Shown in pieces: positions 26,930 to 36,789 of a stretch of 64,000 nt of DNA. Source of the DNA: Faecousia sp. (GTDB lineage: Bacteria > Bacillota > Clostridia > Oscillospirales > Oscillospiraceae). Under the pieces are notes generated by a model. The model was not told the DNA's origin, made no database searches, and saw nothing but the letters and a program-made list of their open reading frames with translations. The position numbers were made by a program, and so were the translations under genes. Each line of letters starts with the position of its first letter. Within the stretch, counting starts at the first letter, position 1. The stretch lies in the NCBI GenBank assembly GCA_045606205.1, contig JAZURL010000046.1, forward strand, positions 13,555-77,554, given 5' to 3'.

Positions 26930-29900
26930 ATGGGTGAGAAAACTTATTTCTTAAATATGTTTTCAGACTATGAGCCGCCTGAGTCGCTGAAAGATGCGAT
27001 CTCTCAGGCGGCCATTGTTGCTGCCGATTTGAATCCGTCGGCAAGGAAGATCAACATGGTTATCTGTTGCGATCAGTACATACCTAAAAAGCAACTGGAT
27101 TCTGTTTCCCGGGATATTTGCGAGCTCTATGATCTGAAAACACTGCATATGACAGCCGAGTATCCTGCTTCCCAACTGTCACAAATTCCGGCAGAGGATT
27201 TGATGGAGCTGTTTGTCAGCGAAAATTCCGTGACCCGGGGATCTCTCGCCGGTGCAGTATGGAATTGGGAGGATACGACTCTTACTGTCAGTTTGGTTGC
27301 AAACGGAAAAAAGGAGTTGGAAAAGTGCATTCCTTCCGTTCAGGCACAGCTTTCTCAGCAGTTTGGTGTGCCTGTGACCATTGTCATTGAGGCGGGACAG
27401 GCTCTGGAGGGAAGTGCTCTGTTTGAAGCAATGGAAAAGATGCGCGGCGATTTGATCTCTGAGCTTCCTGTGCAGACCCAGACACAGAAGAAAGAAGTCG
27501 CAGCACAGAGCGATGCGCTCTATGGCAAGCTCATCCGCGGAACAAATACGCCCATGCGGGATCTGAATTTGGATATGGGCACTGTGGTCGTTGAGGGGAA
27601 GGTTTTTGCCGTTGATCACAAGGAATTGAAAAAGCGCAATGCCTGGGTCATCAATTTCGATATGACCGACCATACCGGTTCTGTGCGCATCAACCGCTTT
27701 ATGGAGTCCGGAGAGGCAAAGCCGTTTCTTGAGAATGTCAAGGTTGGTGCAGTATTGCGGATCCAAGGCAGATTGATGATCAATCAGTTCGATAACGAAA
27801 TGATCCTCAAGCCGGTTGCCATGATGGCAGGCTCTCTCCCGAAACGCGTGGATAAGGCTGAGGGTGTGAAGCGCGTCGAGCTGCATTTGCACACCAACAT
27901 GAGCAGCATGGATGCCTTGACCAACACCGCCGATGCTGTCAAGCAGGCAGCGAAATGGGGACACAGAGCCATGGCCATTACTGACCACGGGTGCTGTCAG
28001 TCCTTTACGGATGCCCTGCACGCGGTGGAATCCTGGAATGGGCCTTTGATGGTGGAAGGGACGGACGAGCCCTTTAAGGTGCTTTACGGCTGTGAGGGCT
28101 ATTTTGTCAACGATGTGGATGACCGGATTGTTGTCCACGGCGAGCAGGATATGTCCTTTGAAGAGGAATTTGTGGCGTTCGATTTGGAAACCACGGGCCT
28201 GTCCTCTCGTACCGATACCATTATCGAAATCGGTGCAGTGATTATGAAACAGGGCAGGGAAGTTGACCGTTTTCAAACCTTTGTCGCCCCCGGCAGAAAG
28301 CTTGACCCGAAGATCATCGAGCTGACCGGTATTACAGACAGCATGCTTCTTGGCGCACCGACGATAGAAGAGGTGCTTCCCCAATTCCTGGAATTTGTGG
28401 GAGAGAGGGTGCTTGTTGCACACAATTCGGACTTTGATACAGGTTTTGTCCGCGCGGCGTGCGAGAAATTGGGCCTGCCGTATAATTTTACAGCGGCGGA
28501 CACGCTGATCCTTTCTCAAAATCTTCTGCCACAGCTGAACAAATTTAAGCTTGATATTGTGGCAAATGCACTGAGCCTGCCGGATTTTAATCACCATCGT
28601 GCAGCGGATGATGCAGTAATTTGCGGCAGCATCATGGCGCGCTTACTGAAAAAACTGGAAGAAGAGCACGCCATTCACACCCTCCAAGAGATAAACCCGG
28701 TTATGGCTAATTTGCGGGCACAGAGCCGCATTGATAATCGTCATGCACGGCATATTATCCTGTTTGCCAAGAATCAGCAGGGCCTTCGAAACCTTTATCA
28801 TCTAATTTCCGATGCCAATTTAAAGCATTTTAAGCGGGGCGTGCCGAGAATTCTAAAGTCGGAGCTGATGACCCTGCGGGAAGGTCTGATTGTAGGTTCT
28901 GCCTGCGAAGCTGGCGAGCTGTTTCAGGCAATCCTTGCTCACAAAAGTGACGATGAGATCAAGCGGATCGCATCTTTCTATGATTTCTTGGAGATTCAGC
29001 CACTGGCGAATAACCGTTTTATGCTGGCAAAGGGTATCGCCAAGGACGATGAAGAGCTTCGGGAATTCAACCGTACCATTGTTCGGATCGGTGAGGAGCT
29101 GGGCATTCCCGTGGTTGCTACGGGAGATGTACATTTCCTCAATCCCGAGGATGAAATATTCCGCCACATACTGCTTGCTACCAAGGGTTTTGACGACTGT
29201 GATCGGGATAATCCCCTGTATTTCCGCACCACCGATGACATGCTGAAGGAATTCTCCTATCTTGGGGCTGAAAAGGCCTATGAGGTGGTTGTTAAGAACA
29301 CGAACATGATTGCGGATATGTGTGAAATGCTTCGACCGGTGCCTCACAATCTGTTCGCCCCTAAGATTGAAAATTCCGTTGAGGATCTGAAGAATTTGGT
29401 GTACACCAAATTCCATCGGCTGTATGGCGATAACCCGCCAAACTTGATGGTCAAGCGCGTTGAGACGGAGCTGAATGACATCATTTCCTGTCACTACGAC
29501 GTGATCTACATGTCTGCGCAAAAGCTGGTACAAAACTCCTTGGAGCACGGCTACTTGGTTGGCTCTCGTGGCTCTGTTGGTTCATCCATCGTTGCCTACC
29601 TTTCGGGCATTACGGAGGTTAACTCGTTCCCACCTCATTACCGATGCCCCAATCCGGATTGCAAGCACACCATTTTGGATGTGCCCAAAGAATTTAACTG
29701 CGGTGCAGATCTGCCGGATGCCAATTGCCCTATTTGCGGTGCCAAAATGGAAAAGGACGGCTTTAACATTCCCTTTGAGACGTTTCTTGGGTTTGGTGGC
29801 GATAAAGTGCCGGATATCGATTTGAACTTCTCCGGTGAGTATCAGGCAGAGGCCCATGCCTACTGCGTTGAAATGTTTGGCCGTTCCCACGTGTTCCGGG

Positions 29901-31237
29901 CTGGAACCATTGGTACTGTTGCAGAAAAGACGGCTTTTGGTTATGTAAAAAAGTATCTGTCCGAGCGGAATAAATCTGCCTCCCGAGCGGAAGAGGGTCG
30001 ACTTGCGGCCGGTTGTGTGGGTGTTCGCCGTACCACAGGTCAGCACCCCGGCGGTCTGGTTGTTATCCCGCAGGAAAACGAAATTTGGGATTTTTGCCCG
30101 GTACAACACCCGGCGGACGACCCAAATTCCGATCAGATTACCACCCACTTTGAATATCACTCCATGGAAGAAAATCTGCTGAAGCTGGATATGCTGGGTC
30201 ACGATGATCCCACCATGATCCGCTACATGGAGGACATCACCGGCGTGGATGCCAAGACGATTCCTTTGGACGATCCAATGACGATGTCTATCTTTACCTC
30301 GTCCAAGGTGCTGGGCTACGAAAATGACCCCATTCTCGGCCCAACGGGTGCTGTTGCCGTACCGGAGTTCAACACCCGCTTTACCCGGGGCGTTTTATTG
30401 GATACCATGCCCGAGAAGTTTGATTTTCTGGTGCGTATCTCCGGTTACACTCACGGCACAGACGTGTGGCTGGGCAATGCCAGGGATCTGATTACATCCA
30501 AAACCACCACCGTGGACGGCACTATCGGCTGTCGTGACGATATTATGCTGTATCTGATTTCCATGGGTCTGCCGGAAAAGCGGGCGTTTATGATCATGGA
30601 GATGGTGCGTAAAGGCAAGGGTCTGCCTGACGGCGCGGAGCAAGAAATGAAGGATGCCGGCGTTCCTGACTGGTACATTGGTTCCTGCAAAAAAATCAAG
30701 TATCTTTTCCCAAAGGCCCACGCTGTTGCCTATGTTATGATGGCGTTCCGAATTGCCTGGTTCAAAGTCTACCATCCGCTGGCATTCTATGCGGCCTATT
30801 TCTACCGCCGCAGTCAGAAGGGCGGCTTTGACGCGGCGCTGATGACTACTGGCCTGGATGCAGTCAAAGCAAATATTCAAGCCATTGATGGCAACGAGAA
30901 TGCCACCGATAAGGATGAAGACCTGTTGACTACACTGGAAGTGTGTTACGAGTTTTACCTTCGCGGCTATGAGTTTCTACCTATCGACCTCTATAGGAGT
31001 CATGCGACACGCTTTGAGGTTGAAGACGGCAAGATTCGTCCGCCCTTTGTAGCTATTTCCGGTCTTGGTGAAAATGCGGCAAAGGACTTAGTTAAAGGTC
31101 GTAAGGGTAAGACGTTCCTCTCCATTGAGGAGATAGCAGCGGCCTGTCCAAAGGTATCGAAAACCCACATTCAGATGCTGAAAGAAGGCGGCGCGTTTGG
31201 CAACCTGCCGGACACCAGCCAGGTGAGTTTATTCTAG
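26930..31237 (+). CDS. polC: DNA polymerase III PolC-type
   Basis: OB fold, PHP ELHLHT with inserted exonuclease FDLETTG, SRGSVGSS, PDIDLNF, FPKAHA. Confidence 0.97.
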   Translation: MGEKTYFLNMFSDYEPPESLKDAISQAAIVAADLNPSARKINMVICCDQYIPKKQLDSVSRDICELYDLKTLHMTAEYPASQLSQIPAEDLMELFVSENSVTRGSLAGAVWNWEDTTLTVSLVANGKKELEKCIPSVQAQLSQQFGVPVTIVIEAGQALEGSALFEAMEKMRGDLISELPVQTQTQKKEVAAQSDALYGKLIRGTNTPMRDLNLDMGTVVVEGKVFAVDHKELKKRNAWVINFDMTDHTGSVRINRFMESGEAKPFLENVKVGAVLRIQGRLMINQFDNEMILKPVAMMAGSLPKRVDKAEGVKRVELHLHTNMSSMDALTNTADAVKQAAKWGHRAMAITDHGCCQSFTDALHAVESWNGPLMVEGTDEPFKVLYGCEGYFVNDVDDRIVVHGEQDMSFEEEFVAFDLETTGLSSRTDTIIEIGAVIMKQGREVDRFQTFVAPGRKLDPKIIELTGITDSMLLGAPTIEEVLPQFLEFVGERVLVAHNSDFDTGFVRAACEKLGLPYNFTAADTLILSQNLLPQLNKFKLDIVANALSLPDFNHHRAADDAVICGSIMARLLKKLEEEHAIHTLQEINPVMANLRAQSRIDNRHARHIILFAKNQQGLRNLYHLISDANLKHFKRGVPRILKSELMTLREGLIVGSACEAGELFQAILAHKSDDEIKRIASFYDFLEIQPLANNRFMLAKGIAKDDEELREFNRTIVRIGEELGIPVVATGDVHFLNPEDEIFRHILLATKGFDDCDRDNPLYFRTTDDMLKEFSYLGAEKAYEVVVKNTNMIADMCEMLRPVPHNLFAPKIENSVEDLKNLVYTKFHRLYGDNPPNLMVKRVETELNDIISCHYDVIYMSAQKLVQNSLEHGYLVGSRGSVGSSIVAYLSGITEVNSFPPHYRCPNPDCKHTILDVPKEFNCGADLPDANCPICGAKMEKDGFNIPFETFLGFGGDKVPDIDLNFSGEYQAEAHAYCVEMFGRSHVFRAGTIGTVAEKTAFGYVKKYLSERNKSASRAEEGRLAAGCVGVRRTTGQHPGGLVVIPQENEIWDFCPVQHPADDPNSDQITTHFEYHSMEENLLKLDMLGHDDPTMIRYMEDITGVDAKTIPLDDPMTMSIFTSSKVLGYENDPILGPTGAVAVPEFNTRFTRGVLLDTMPEKFDFLVRISGYTHGTDVWLGNARDLITSKTTTVDGTIGCRDDIMLYLISMGLPEKRAFMIMEMVRKGKGLPDGAEQEMKDAGVPDWYIGSCKKIKYLFPKAHAVAYVMMAFRIAWFKVYHPLAFYAAYFYRRSQKGGFDAALMTTGLDAVKANIQAIDGNENATDKDEDLLTTLEVCYEFYLRGYEFLPIDLYRSHATRFEVEDGKIRPPFVAISGLGENAAKDLVKGRKGKTFLSIEEIAAACPKVSKTHIQMLKEGGAFGNLPDTSQVSLF

Positions 31238-31241
31238 TGTT

Positions 31242-31274
31242 AAAATCCCACTGCTCATGCAGTGGGATTTTTTT
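31242..31274 (+). terminator. Intrinsic terminator after polC
   Basis: aaaatcccactgc-tcat-gcagtgggattttttt. Confidence 0.8.
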
Positions 31275-31278
31275 ATGT

Positions 31279-31306
31279 GCATATTCCTTTGGAGCACGCA
31301 TAGGCT
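31279..31306 (+). promoter_or_regulatory. SigE promoter of the spoIIIA operon
   Basis: GCATA-N15-CATAGGCT directly upstream of spoIIIAA. Confidence 0.65.
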
Positions 31307-31324
31307 TGGATAGGAGTGATGGAA

Positions 31325-32164
31325 ATGAAGTGTGCGTGGAATGCGTTTCTGTCTATATTACCGCCCCGGCTTCGAATGGAAGTGGACAACCTTGGAAAAG
31401 ATACGCTGGAAGAATTGCACCTGCGTCTCAATCAGCCGGTTGAGCTAATTTTAGGCGGTTCTTCCCATTTGCTGAAGACAGAGGCCGGGGAAGTGGATAT
31501 CCGTTTTGTGGTGAATACCGCCAGCCGCTACTCCCCGTGGGCAGCAGCATCAGCTGCACAAGGCTATATCACTGCACCAGGCGGTCACCGAATTGGAATT
31601 TGCGGCGATTGTGTGGTACAAGCAGGGCTTGTCACCGGCGTTCGGCAAGCATCATCTTTGTGCATCCGCGTAGCACGCTCGTTTCCGGGGATCGGACAGA
31701 ATGCACCCAAGCATGGTTCCATTCTGATCCTCGGTCCGCCAGGGGCGGGAAAGACCACGCTTTTACGGGATATGATATGCCTGCGTTCTCATATGGGAAC
31801 AACAACGGCGGTGGTGGACGAGCGCGGCGAATTATTCCCATCGGGAGATATCTTTGAGACAGGACCGAGAACGGATGTACTGACAGGCTGCAGCAAGGCA
31901 CAGGGGGTCGAGATGGCGCTGAGAACCATGGGGCCAAAGTGTATCGCTGTGGATGAAATTACGGCCGCAGAGGACTGCCAGGCCCTTATGAGCGCAGGTT
32001 GGTGTGGTGTAGAGCTGTTGGCCACTGCCCATGCCGCCACCCGTGAGGACCTCGTGAGGCGTCCGGTATACCGACCGCTTGCGCAAAGCGGACTGTTTGG
32101 ACATGCGATTATTCTGAGCCGGGACAAGTCCTGGCGCATGGAAAGGATGGAATTATGTACTTAA
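31325..32164 (+). CDS. spoIIIAA: Stage III sporulation protein AA (ATPase)
   Basis: GYITAPGGHRIG, GPPGAGKTTLLRD, VDERGE, AVDEI, ATAH. Confidence 0.93.
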   Translation: MKCAWNAFLSILPPRLRMEVDNLGKDTLEELHLRLNQPVELILGGSSHLLKTEAGEVDIRFVVNTASRYSPWAAASAAQGYITAPGGHRIGICGDCVVQAGLVTGVRQASSLCIRVARSFPGIGQNAPKHGSILILGPPGAGKTTLLRDMICLRSHMGTTTAVVDERGELFPSGDIFETGPRTDVLTGCSKAQGVEMALRTMGPKCIAVDEITAAEDCQALMSAGWCGVELLATAHAATREDLVRRPVYRPLAQSGLFGHAIILSRDKSWRMERMELCT

Positions 32165-32667
32165 AGCTGACTGGGGCAATTTTAATTTTGGTAGGTTGTG
32201 GCGGATACGGAGTGATGATGGCCATATCCCACCGCAGGGAGGTCGCAGCGCTGCATCAACTGGCTGAAGTGATGGACCGGATGATTTGCGAATTGGAATA
32301 CAGACTAACCCCGCTTCCGGAGCTGTGTCGGTTCGGTGCGGAGCAGACAAAAGGTGCGGTGCAATCGTTCTTTCTGTCTCTTGCCAAGGCATTGGATGAC
32401 CAGATCTCCCCGGATGTGGGACTATGCACCATTGCGGCGTTAAAAGAGACGTCCGGACTTCCTCGTTATGCCGCTGCGCAGATGCAGGCGTTGGGACAAA
32501 TCCTTGGTCGTTTTGATCTTACCGGGCAACTGATCAGTCTCGAGCGCTGCAAGCAGTCCTGCCTGGGCCAACTGGAAGTATTGGAGCATCAGCAGTCCCA
32601 GCGCTTGCGCAGTTATCAAACTCTTGGGTTTTGTGCAGGTGCGGCACTAGCCATTCTATTATTTTAA
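32155..32667 (+). CDS. spoIIIAB: Stage III sporulation protein AB
   Basis: N-terminal TM, ELEYRLTPLPE, LG..LG..D...Q, C-terminal TM; operon order. Confidence 0.88.
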   Translation: MYLKLTGAILILVGCGGYGVMMAISHRREVAALHQLAEVMDRMICELEYRLTPLPELCRFGAEQTKGAVQSFFLSLAKALDDQISPDVGLCTIAALKETSGLPRYAAAQMQALGQILGRFDLTGQLISLERCKQSCLGQLEVLEHQQSQRLRSYQTLGFCAGAALAILLF

Positions 32668-32669
32668 CT

Positions 32670-32864
32670 ATGGATATTGATTTGGTATTTAAGATCGCCG
32701 CTATCGGCATTATTGTTTCTATCTTAAATCAAGTGCTGTCCCGTTCCGGCAGAGAAGAGCAGGCAACCATGACCACCATCGCCGGCCTTGTGGTGGTGCT
32801 GATGATGATCGCGCAAAAGATCGCAGACCTGTTTGACTTGGTCAAGACCCTGTTTGAATTCTGA
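32670..32864 (+). CDS. spoIIIAC: Stage III sporulation protein AC
   Basis: MDIDLVFKIAAIGIIVSILNQVLSRSGREEQA. Confidence 0.93.
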   Translation: MDIDLVFKIAAIGIIVSILNQVLSRSGREEQATMTTIAGLVVVLMMIAQKIADLFDLVKTLFEF

Positions 32865-33259
32865 TGGAGCGGTTCTTACAGGCTGCTGCCGGCATTATGG
32901 CAGCCGTGATCATGTGGATCATCCTCTCCAAGCAGGGGAAAGAATATGCGCTGCTGCTGAGCCTGGGAGCGTGTTGTCTTGTTCTTTTGGTGATGTTCCG
33001 TTTCTTGGAGCCGGTATTGGATCTATTGAAGCAACTACAGACTCTCGGCAGCCTGCAGCCGGAGTGGCTGGGTGTGATGCTTAAGTCGGTTGGGATCGGT
33101 CTTGTTGTGGAGATGGGTGCACTGATCTGCTCCGATGCCGGAAATGCTGCATTAGGAAAAACACTGCAAATATTGGGAACAGCTGCAGTACTGTGGCTGT
33201 CGATCCCGCTAATGAACAGTCTCATGGAGCTGCTCCAGCAGATATTGGAGGGCATATGA
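32864..33259 (+). CDS. spoIIIAD: Stage III sporulation protein AD
   Basis: LKSVGIG...ICSDAG; operon order. Confidence 0.88.
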   Translation: MERFLQAAAGIMAAVIMWIILSKQGKEYALLLSLGACCLVLLVMFRFLEPVLDLLKQLQTLGSLQPEWLGVMLKSVGIGLVVEMGALICSDAGNAALGKTLQILGTAAVLWLSIPLMNSLMELLQQILEGI

Positions 33260-34296
33260 AACAGTTACTGATGCTACTGATACTGGTGATGGTTCTGACT
33301 GTTCCGGTATCTGCAATGGAGTTCACAGCACCATCTGCACCATCAGATGTGCAGGAGCTGATGCCGGCGAAAACGGAAAGCTTTGCACATGGATTATGGA
33401 CGGTGATCAAATCAGCCATTGAGAAGTTTGCACCGAATCTGACAGCGGCAGCCGGGAGTTGTCTCGGGCTGACAGCAACGATACTGCTGGCTTCTATTCT
33501 GAATGCCATGCCGGGAAGCAGTAAAAAGGTGATCCGCTTTGTGACCACCCTTGCATTGTCCACGATTTTATTGGGACAGGCCAACGCTATGATTAATCTC
33601 TGCGCCAAGACTGTTCGGGAGATCAGCGACTACGGAAAATTGCTCCTGCCTGTGATGACTGCCTCCCTTGCGGCGCAAGGGGGAACGACGGGAGCGACGG
33701 CGCTATATGCAGGCACAGCACTTTTTGATACGGTGCTCAGCTCCATCATCTCCAAGCTCTTAGTGCCCATGGTATACGTGTTTCTTGCATTGGCTGCAGC
33801 AAACAGTGCAACAGGTGAAGATCTGTTGAAAAAACTGCGGGATTTTATCAAATGGCTAATGACCTGGAGCTTGAAGACTATTCTGTATATATTTACGGGC
33901 TATATGGGCATTACTGGCGTGATTACCGGAACGGCTGATGCAGCAGCGGTAAAAGCCGCCAAACTGACCATCTCTGGGGTGGTTCCTGTGGTAGGCGGTA
34001 TTTTGTCCGATGCATCAGAGGCGGTGGTTTTGGGCGCTGGGGTAATGAAGAATGCGGTTGGGGTCTATGGCTTATTGGCCGTCGCAGCGATATGGATCAC
34101 GCCCTTTTTACAGATCGGTGCCCAGTTCTTGCTTCTGAAGCTAACGGCGGTTCTTTGTGGAGTGTTTGGTGTTAAAGAAGCATCCGATCTTATTGAGGAT
34201 TTTTCATCCGCGATGGGTCTGCTGCTGGGCATGACTGGCACAGTCAGTTTTTTATTGCTGATCAGCACCATCTGTTTTATGAAAGGAATGGGATAA
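33256..34296 (+). CDS. spoIIIAE: Stage III sporulation protein AE
   Basis: Multi-TM; VPVVGGILSDA, KNAVGVYG. Confidence 0.9.
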   Translation: MKQLLMLLILVMVLTVPVSAMEFTAPSAPSDVQELMPAKTESFAHGLWTVIKSAIEKFAPNLTAAAGSCLGLTATILLASILNAMPGSSKKVIRFVTTLALSTILLGQANAMINLCAKTVREISDYGKLLLPVMTASLAAQGGTTGATALYAGTALFDTVLSSIISKLLVPMVYVFLALAAANSATGEDLLKKLRDFIKWLMTWSLKTILYIFTGYMGITGVITGTADAAAVKAAKLTISGVVPVVGGILSDASEAVVLGAGVMKNAVGVYGLLAVAAIWITPFLQIGAQFLLLKLTAVLCGVFGVKEASDLIEDFSSAMGLLLGMTGTVSFLLLISTICFMKGMG

Positions 34297-34769
34297 TGGA
34301 CGGAGTCCGGGAATATCTTATTGGTGTGGTTGCGGCAGCAGTGCTGTGCGGTATTATTACATCGTTGACTGGCACAAAAGGAACAGTTGGGATGGCCGTC
34401 AAGTTTGTGTCCGGCCTGCTGATGCTTCTGGCTGTCATTCGTCCGTGGGCATCCATTTCCTTTGACGGATTGTTTGGTTGGGCAGAGGATATCGCCGCCG
34501 ATGGAAGCGGATTTGTTGCATCCGGTGAAATGATGGCCGTAGATGCTTACCGTGCAAGCATAAAGCAGCAAACGGAAGCATACATTTTGGACGAGGCTAA
34601 GGTACTTGGCTGTACGCTGACGGTTGAGGTCATTTTGTCTACTGATGATGTGCCGATTCCACAACAGGTGAGGCTGACAGGGGAGGTATCGCCCTACGCT
34701 CGGCAGACTCTAACCAACTTTATATCGGAAAGGCTGGGGATCGAACGGGAGGATCAGATATGGACGTAA
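34296..34769 (+). CDS. spoIIIAF: Stage III sporulation protein AF
   Basis: Two N-terminal TMs (VKFVSGLL...IRP); operon position. Confidence 0.75.
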   Translation: MDGVREYLIGVVAAAVLCGIITSLTGTKGTVGMAVKFVSGLLMLLAVIRPWASISFDGLFGWAEDIAADGSGFVASGEMMAVDAYRASIKQQTEAYILDEAKVLGCTLTVEVILSTDDVPIPQQVRLTGEVSPYARQTLTNFISERLGIEREDQIWT

Positions 34770-35245
34770 CAGTACTGAAAGGAAAAGTTGCCAATTGGAT
34801 CGGGAAATACAAATATCTGGTTCTGATCCTTCTGGTGGGTATTGGACTGATGCTGATTCCCAGCGGAAATGAGGATACGGAAGAAGCTGCCGTGCAGATC
34901 CAAACGCCGGCACAGACGGTATCATTGGTTGATGAATTGGAGGATATTCTGTCCAACATCAAAGGTGCTGGAAAGGTTCAGGTAATGCTCACTGTAAAAA
35001 GCGGAGAGCTGACCGTCTATCAGACGGACACCCCGGCGACCGACAGGCAGGATACGGTGATCATTACAGGGGAGGATCGGGTACAGAACGGACTCGTGCA
35101 ACAGGTCATTTCACCCACATATCGGGGTGCAATCGTTCTGTGTCATGGTGCGGACAATGCCAGTGTCTGCCTTGCCATTAAGGAGGCAGTATCGAAAGTG
35201 ACGGGACTGGATGCCAGTCAAATTTCCGTGTTAAAAATGAAATGA
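34760..35245 (+). CDS. spoIIIAG: Stage III sporulation protein AG
   Basis: LEDILSNIKGAGKVQVMLT...GAIVLCHGA...ISVLKMK. Confidence 0.88.
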   Translation: MDVTVLKGKVANWIGKYKYLVLILLVGIGLMLIPSGNEDTEEAAVQIQTPAQTVSLVDELEDILSNIKGAGKVQVMLTVKSGELTVYQTDTPATDRQDTVIITGEDRVQNGLVQQVISPTYRGAIVLCHGADNASVCLAIKEAVSKVTGLDASQISVLKMK

Positions 35246-35259
35246 ATGGAGGCATTTTT

Positions 35260-35802
35260 ATGAGCAAATGGAAGAAAAACATTATGGCAGCGGCAGTCCT
35301 CTTGGTGGTATGTGCCGGAATATACATGAATTGGATGTACACAAATGCACAGGATGTGGCCGATCTGACGGATAAGCTGGATGCAGAAACGGTTCTTTCG
35401 GAAAATGGTGTGATTATGGACGAAAACGTGGATAACATGGATAACGATTCGACCACGGATTATTTCGCCGCAGTTCGGCTGTCCCGACAGGAAGCACGGG
35501 ACAGTGCTGTGAATCTTCTGCAGGAGGCGATGGCCTATGGCGATGCAAATCAGCAGCAACAGTCAAATGCTCAGCTGGAGAAGATCGTACAGACCGCCCT
35601 GTGTGAGGCACAGATCGAGAGCCTGATCATTGCAAAGGGGTATAAGGATTGTGTTGCGTATATGTCAGATTCCGGAATATCTGTGGCCGTTGCCATTCCC
35701 GAGGGCGGGATCAAGGAGAGCGACATTGCGGTAATTGCAGACATCGTCATTACACAAACAGAGTTCTCAATGGATAAGATCCGCGTCGTTGAAGTGCTGT
35801 GA
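35260..35802 (+). CDS. spoIIIAH: Stage III sporulation protein AH
   Basis: DYFAAVRLSR..ARD, IESLIIAKGYKDCV. Confidence 0.9.
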   Translation: MSKWKKNIMAAAVLLVVCAGIYMNWMYTNAQDVADLTDKLDAETVLSENGVIMDENVDNMDNDSTTDYFAAVRLSRQEARDSAVNLLQEAMAYGDANQQQQSNAQLEKIVQTALCEAQIESLIIAKGYKDCVAYMSDSGISVAVAIPEGGIKESDIAVIADIVITQTEFSMDKIRVVEVL

Positions 35803-35816
35803 TCCATTTCATATAC

Positions 35817-35848
35817 AAGACCTGCTGAGTCATCAGCAGGTCTTCTTC
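35817..35848 (+). terminator. Terminator after spoIIIAH
   Basis: aagacctgctga-gtca-tcagcaggtcttct. Confidence 0.7.
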
Positions 35849-35879
35849 ACAGAAAAGAGTTGGAGAAATGAAAGTATTG

Positions 35880-35908
35880 TTGACTACCGGCAGTTTTTTT
35901 GGTATACT
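35880..35908 (+). promoter_or_regulatory. SigA promoter of the yqhY-nusB operon
   Basis: TTGACT-N17-TATACT with TG extension. Confidence 0.65.
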
Positions 35909-35958
35909 AACAAAAAGTATTGTGCCCAATTGGGTATAGAAACCGGGAGGATAAAAAC

Positions 35959-36324
35959 ATGGCTGATAATAAGCAGTATATTACCCAGATCCAGGACAAC
36001 GGTTCCGTTATGATCTCCGAAGATGTGATCTGCAGCATCGTTTCTCATGCTGTGTCTGAGGTAGACGGTGTAGTGAGCATCAATTCCAAACCCGCTGCTG
36101 AGCTGGCCGATATGATCGGCAAAAAGTGGGGCAAGGGCATGAAGATTGCCATCAATGACGACAATGCCATCACAATCGACGTGGATGTGACCATTGGATA
36201 CGGCCAGAGCGTTGTGGCCATTGCCGGCTCCGTTCAGACCGCTATCATTGGCGCAGTGCAGTCCATGACTGGCGTGGATGCTGTAACTGTCAATGTCAAT
36301 GTCTGTGGCATTGCCCGTCAGTAA
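35959..36324 (+). CDS. Asp23/Gls24 family protein (YqhY-like)
   Basis: GSVMISEDVI...EVDGV...VQSMTG..VNVNV; precedes nusB. Confidence 0.88.
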   Translation: MADNKQYITQIQDNGSVMISEDVICSIVSHAVSEVDGVVSINSKPAAELADMIGKKWGKGMKIAINDDNAITIDVDVTIGYGQSVVAIAGSVQTAIIGAVQSMTGVDAVTVNVNVCGIARQ

Positions 36325-36333
36325 GGAGTTAAT

Positions 36334-36789
36334 ATGACACGAGCAAACGCCAGAGAACTGGCGGTACATTTGATATACTCCCAGGGTTTTACCGGGGAGG
36401 AGCCGGATGTGGTGGTGGCTACACGGCTGGAGAAGGAGTATTATAAACTCCTGTCGGAAGAAAATGATGTCTATGAGGAGCGGCCTAGTCGCACTCAGCT
36501 TGCCTATATCGATAACGTGGTAGCCGGTGTTGCCAACCGCCAGGAGATGCTCAATGCGGATATTCAGAAATATTCCATCGGCTGGGATGTGTCCCGCATT
36601 TCCCGCCTTGCACGTTCTGTGATGCAGTTGGCGATTTATGAGATCCGCTTCGTTGAGGATGTTCCTACCGGTGTTGCCGTTTCTGAGGCTGTTCGTCTTG
36701 CCAAGAAGTACGACGGTGATGATACGGGCGCGTTTGTCAACGGGATTTTGGGTTCTTTTGCCCGCGGTCTATCTACTGAGGAAGCATGA
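36334..36789 (+). CDS. nusB: Transcription antitermination factor NusB
   Basis: RANARELA, GWDVSRI, EAVRLAKKY, FVNGILG. Confidence 0.95.
   Translation: MTRANARELAVHLIYSQGFTGEEPDVVVATRLEKEYYKLLSEENDVYEERPSRTQLAYIDNVVAGVANRQEMLNADIQKYSIGWDVSRISRLARSVMQLAIYEIRFVEDVPTGVAVSEAVRLAKKYDGDDTGAFVNGILGSFARGLSTEEA

Noticed and set aside
27179-28597. 472-aa antisense ORF inside polC, and a similar one inside dnaE (62283-63596)
   Set aside because: Shadow frames of conserved genes with no recognisable motifs.
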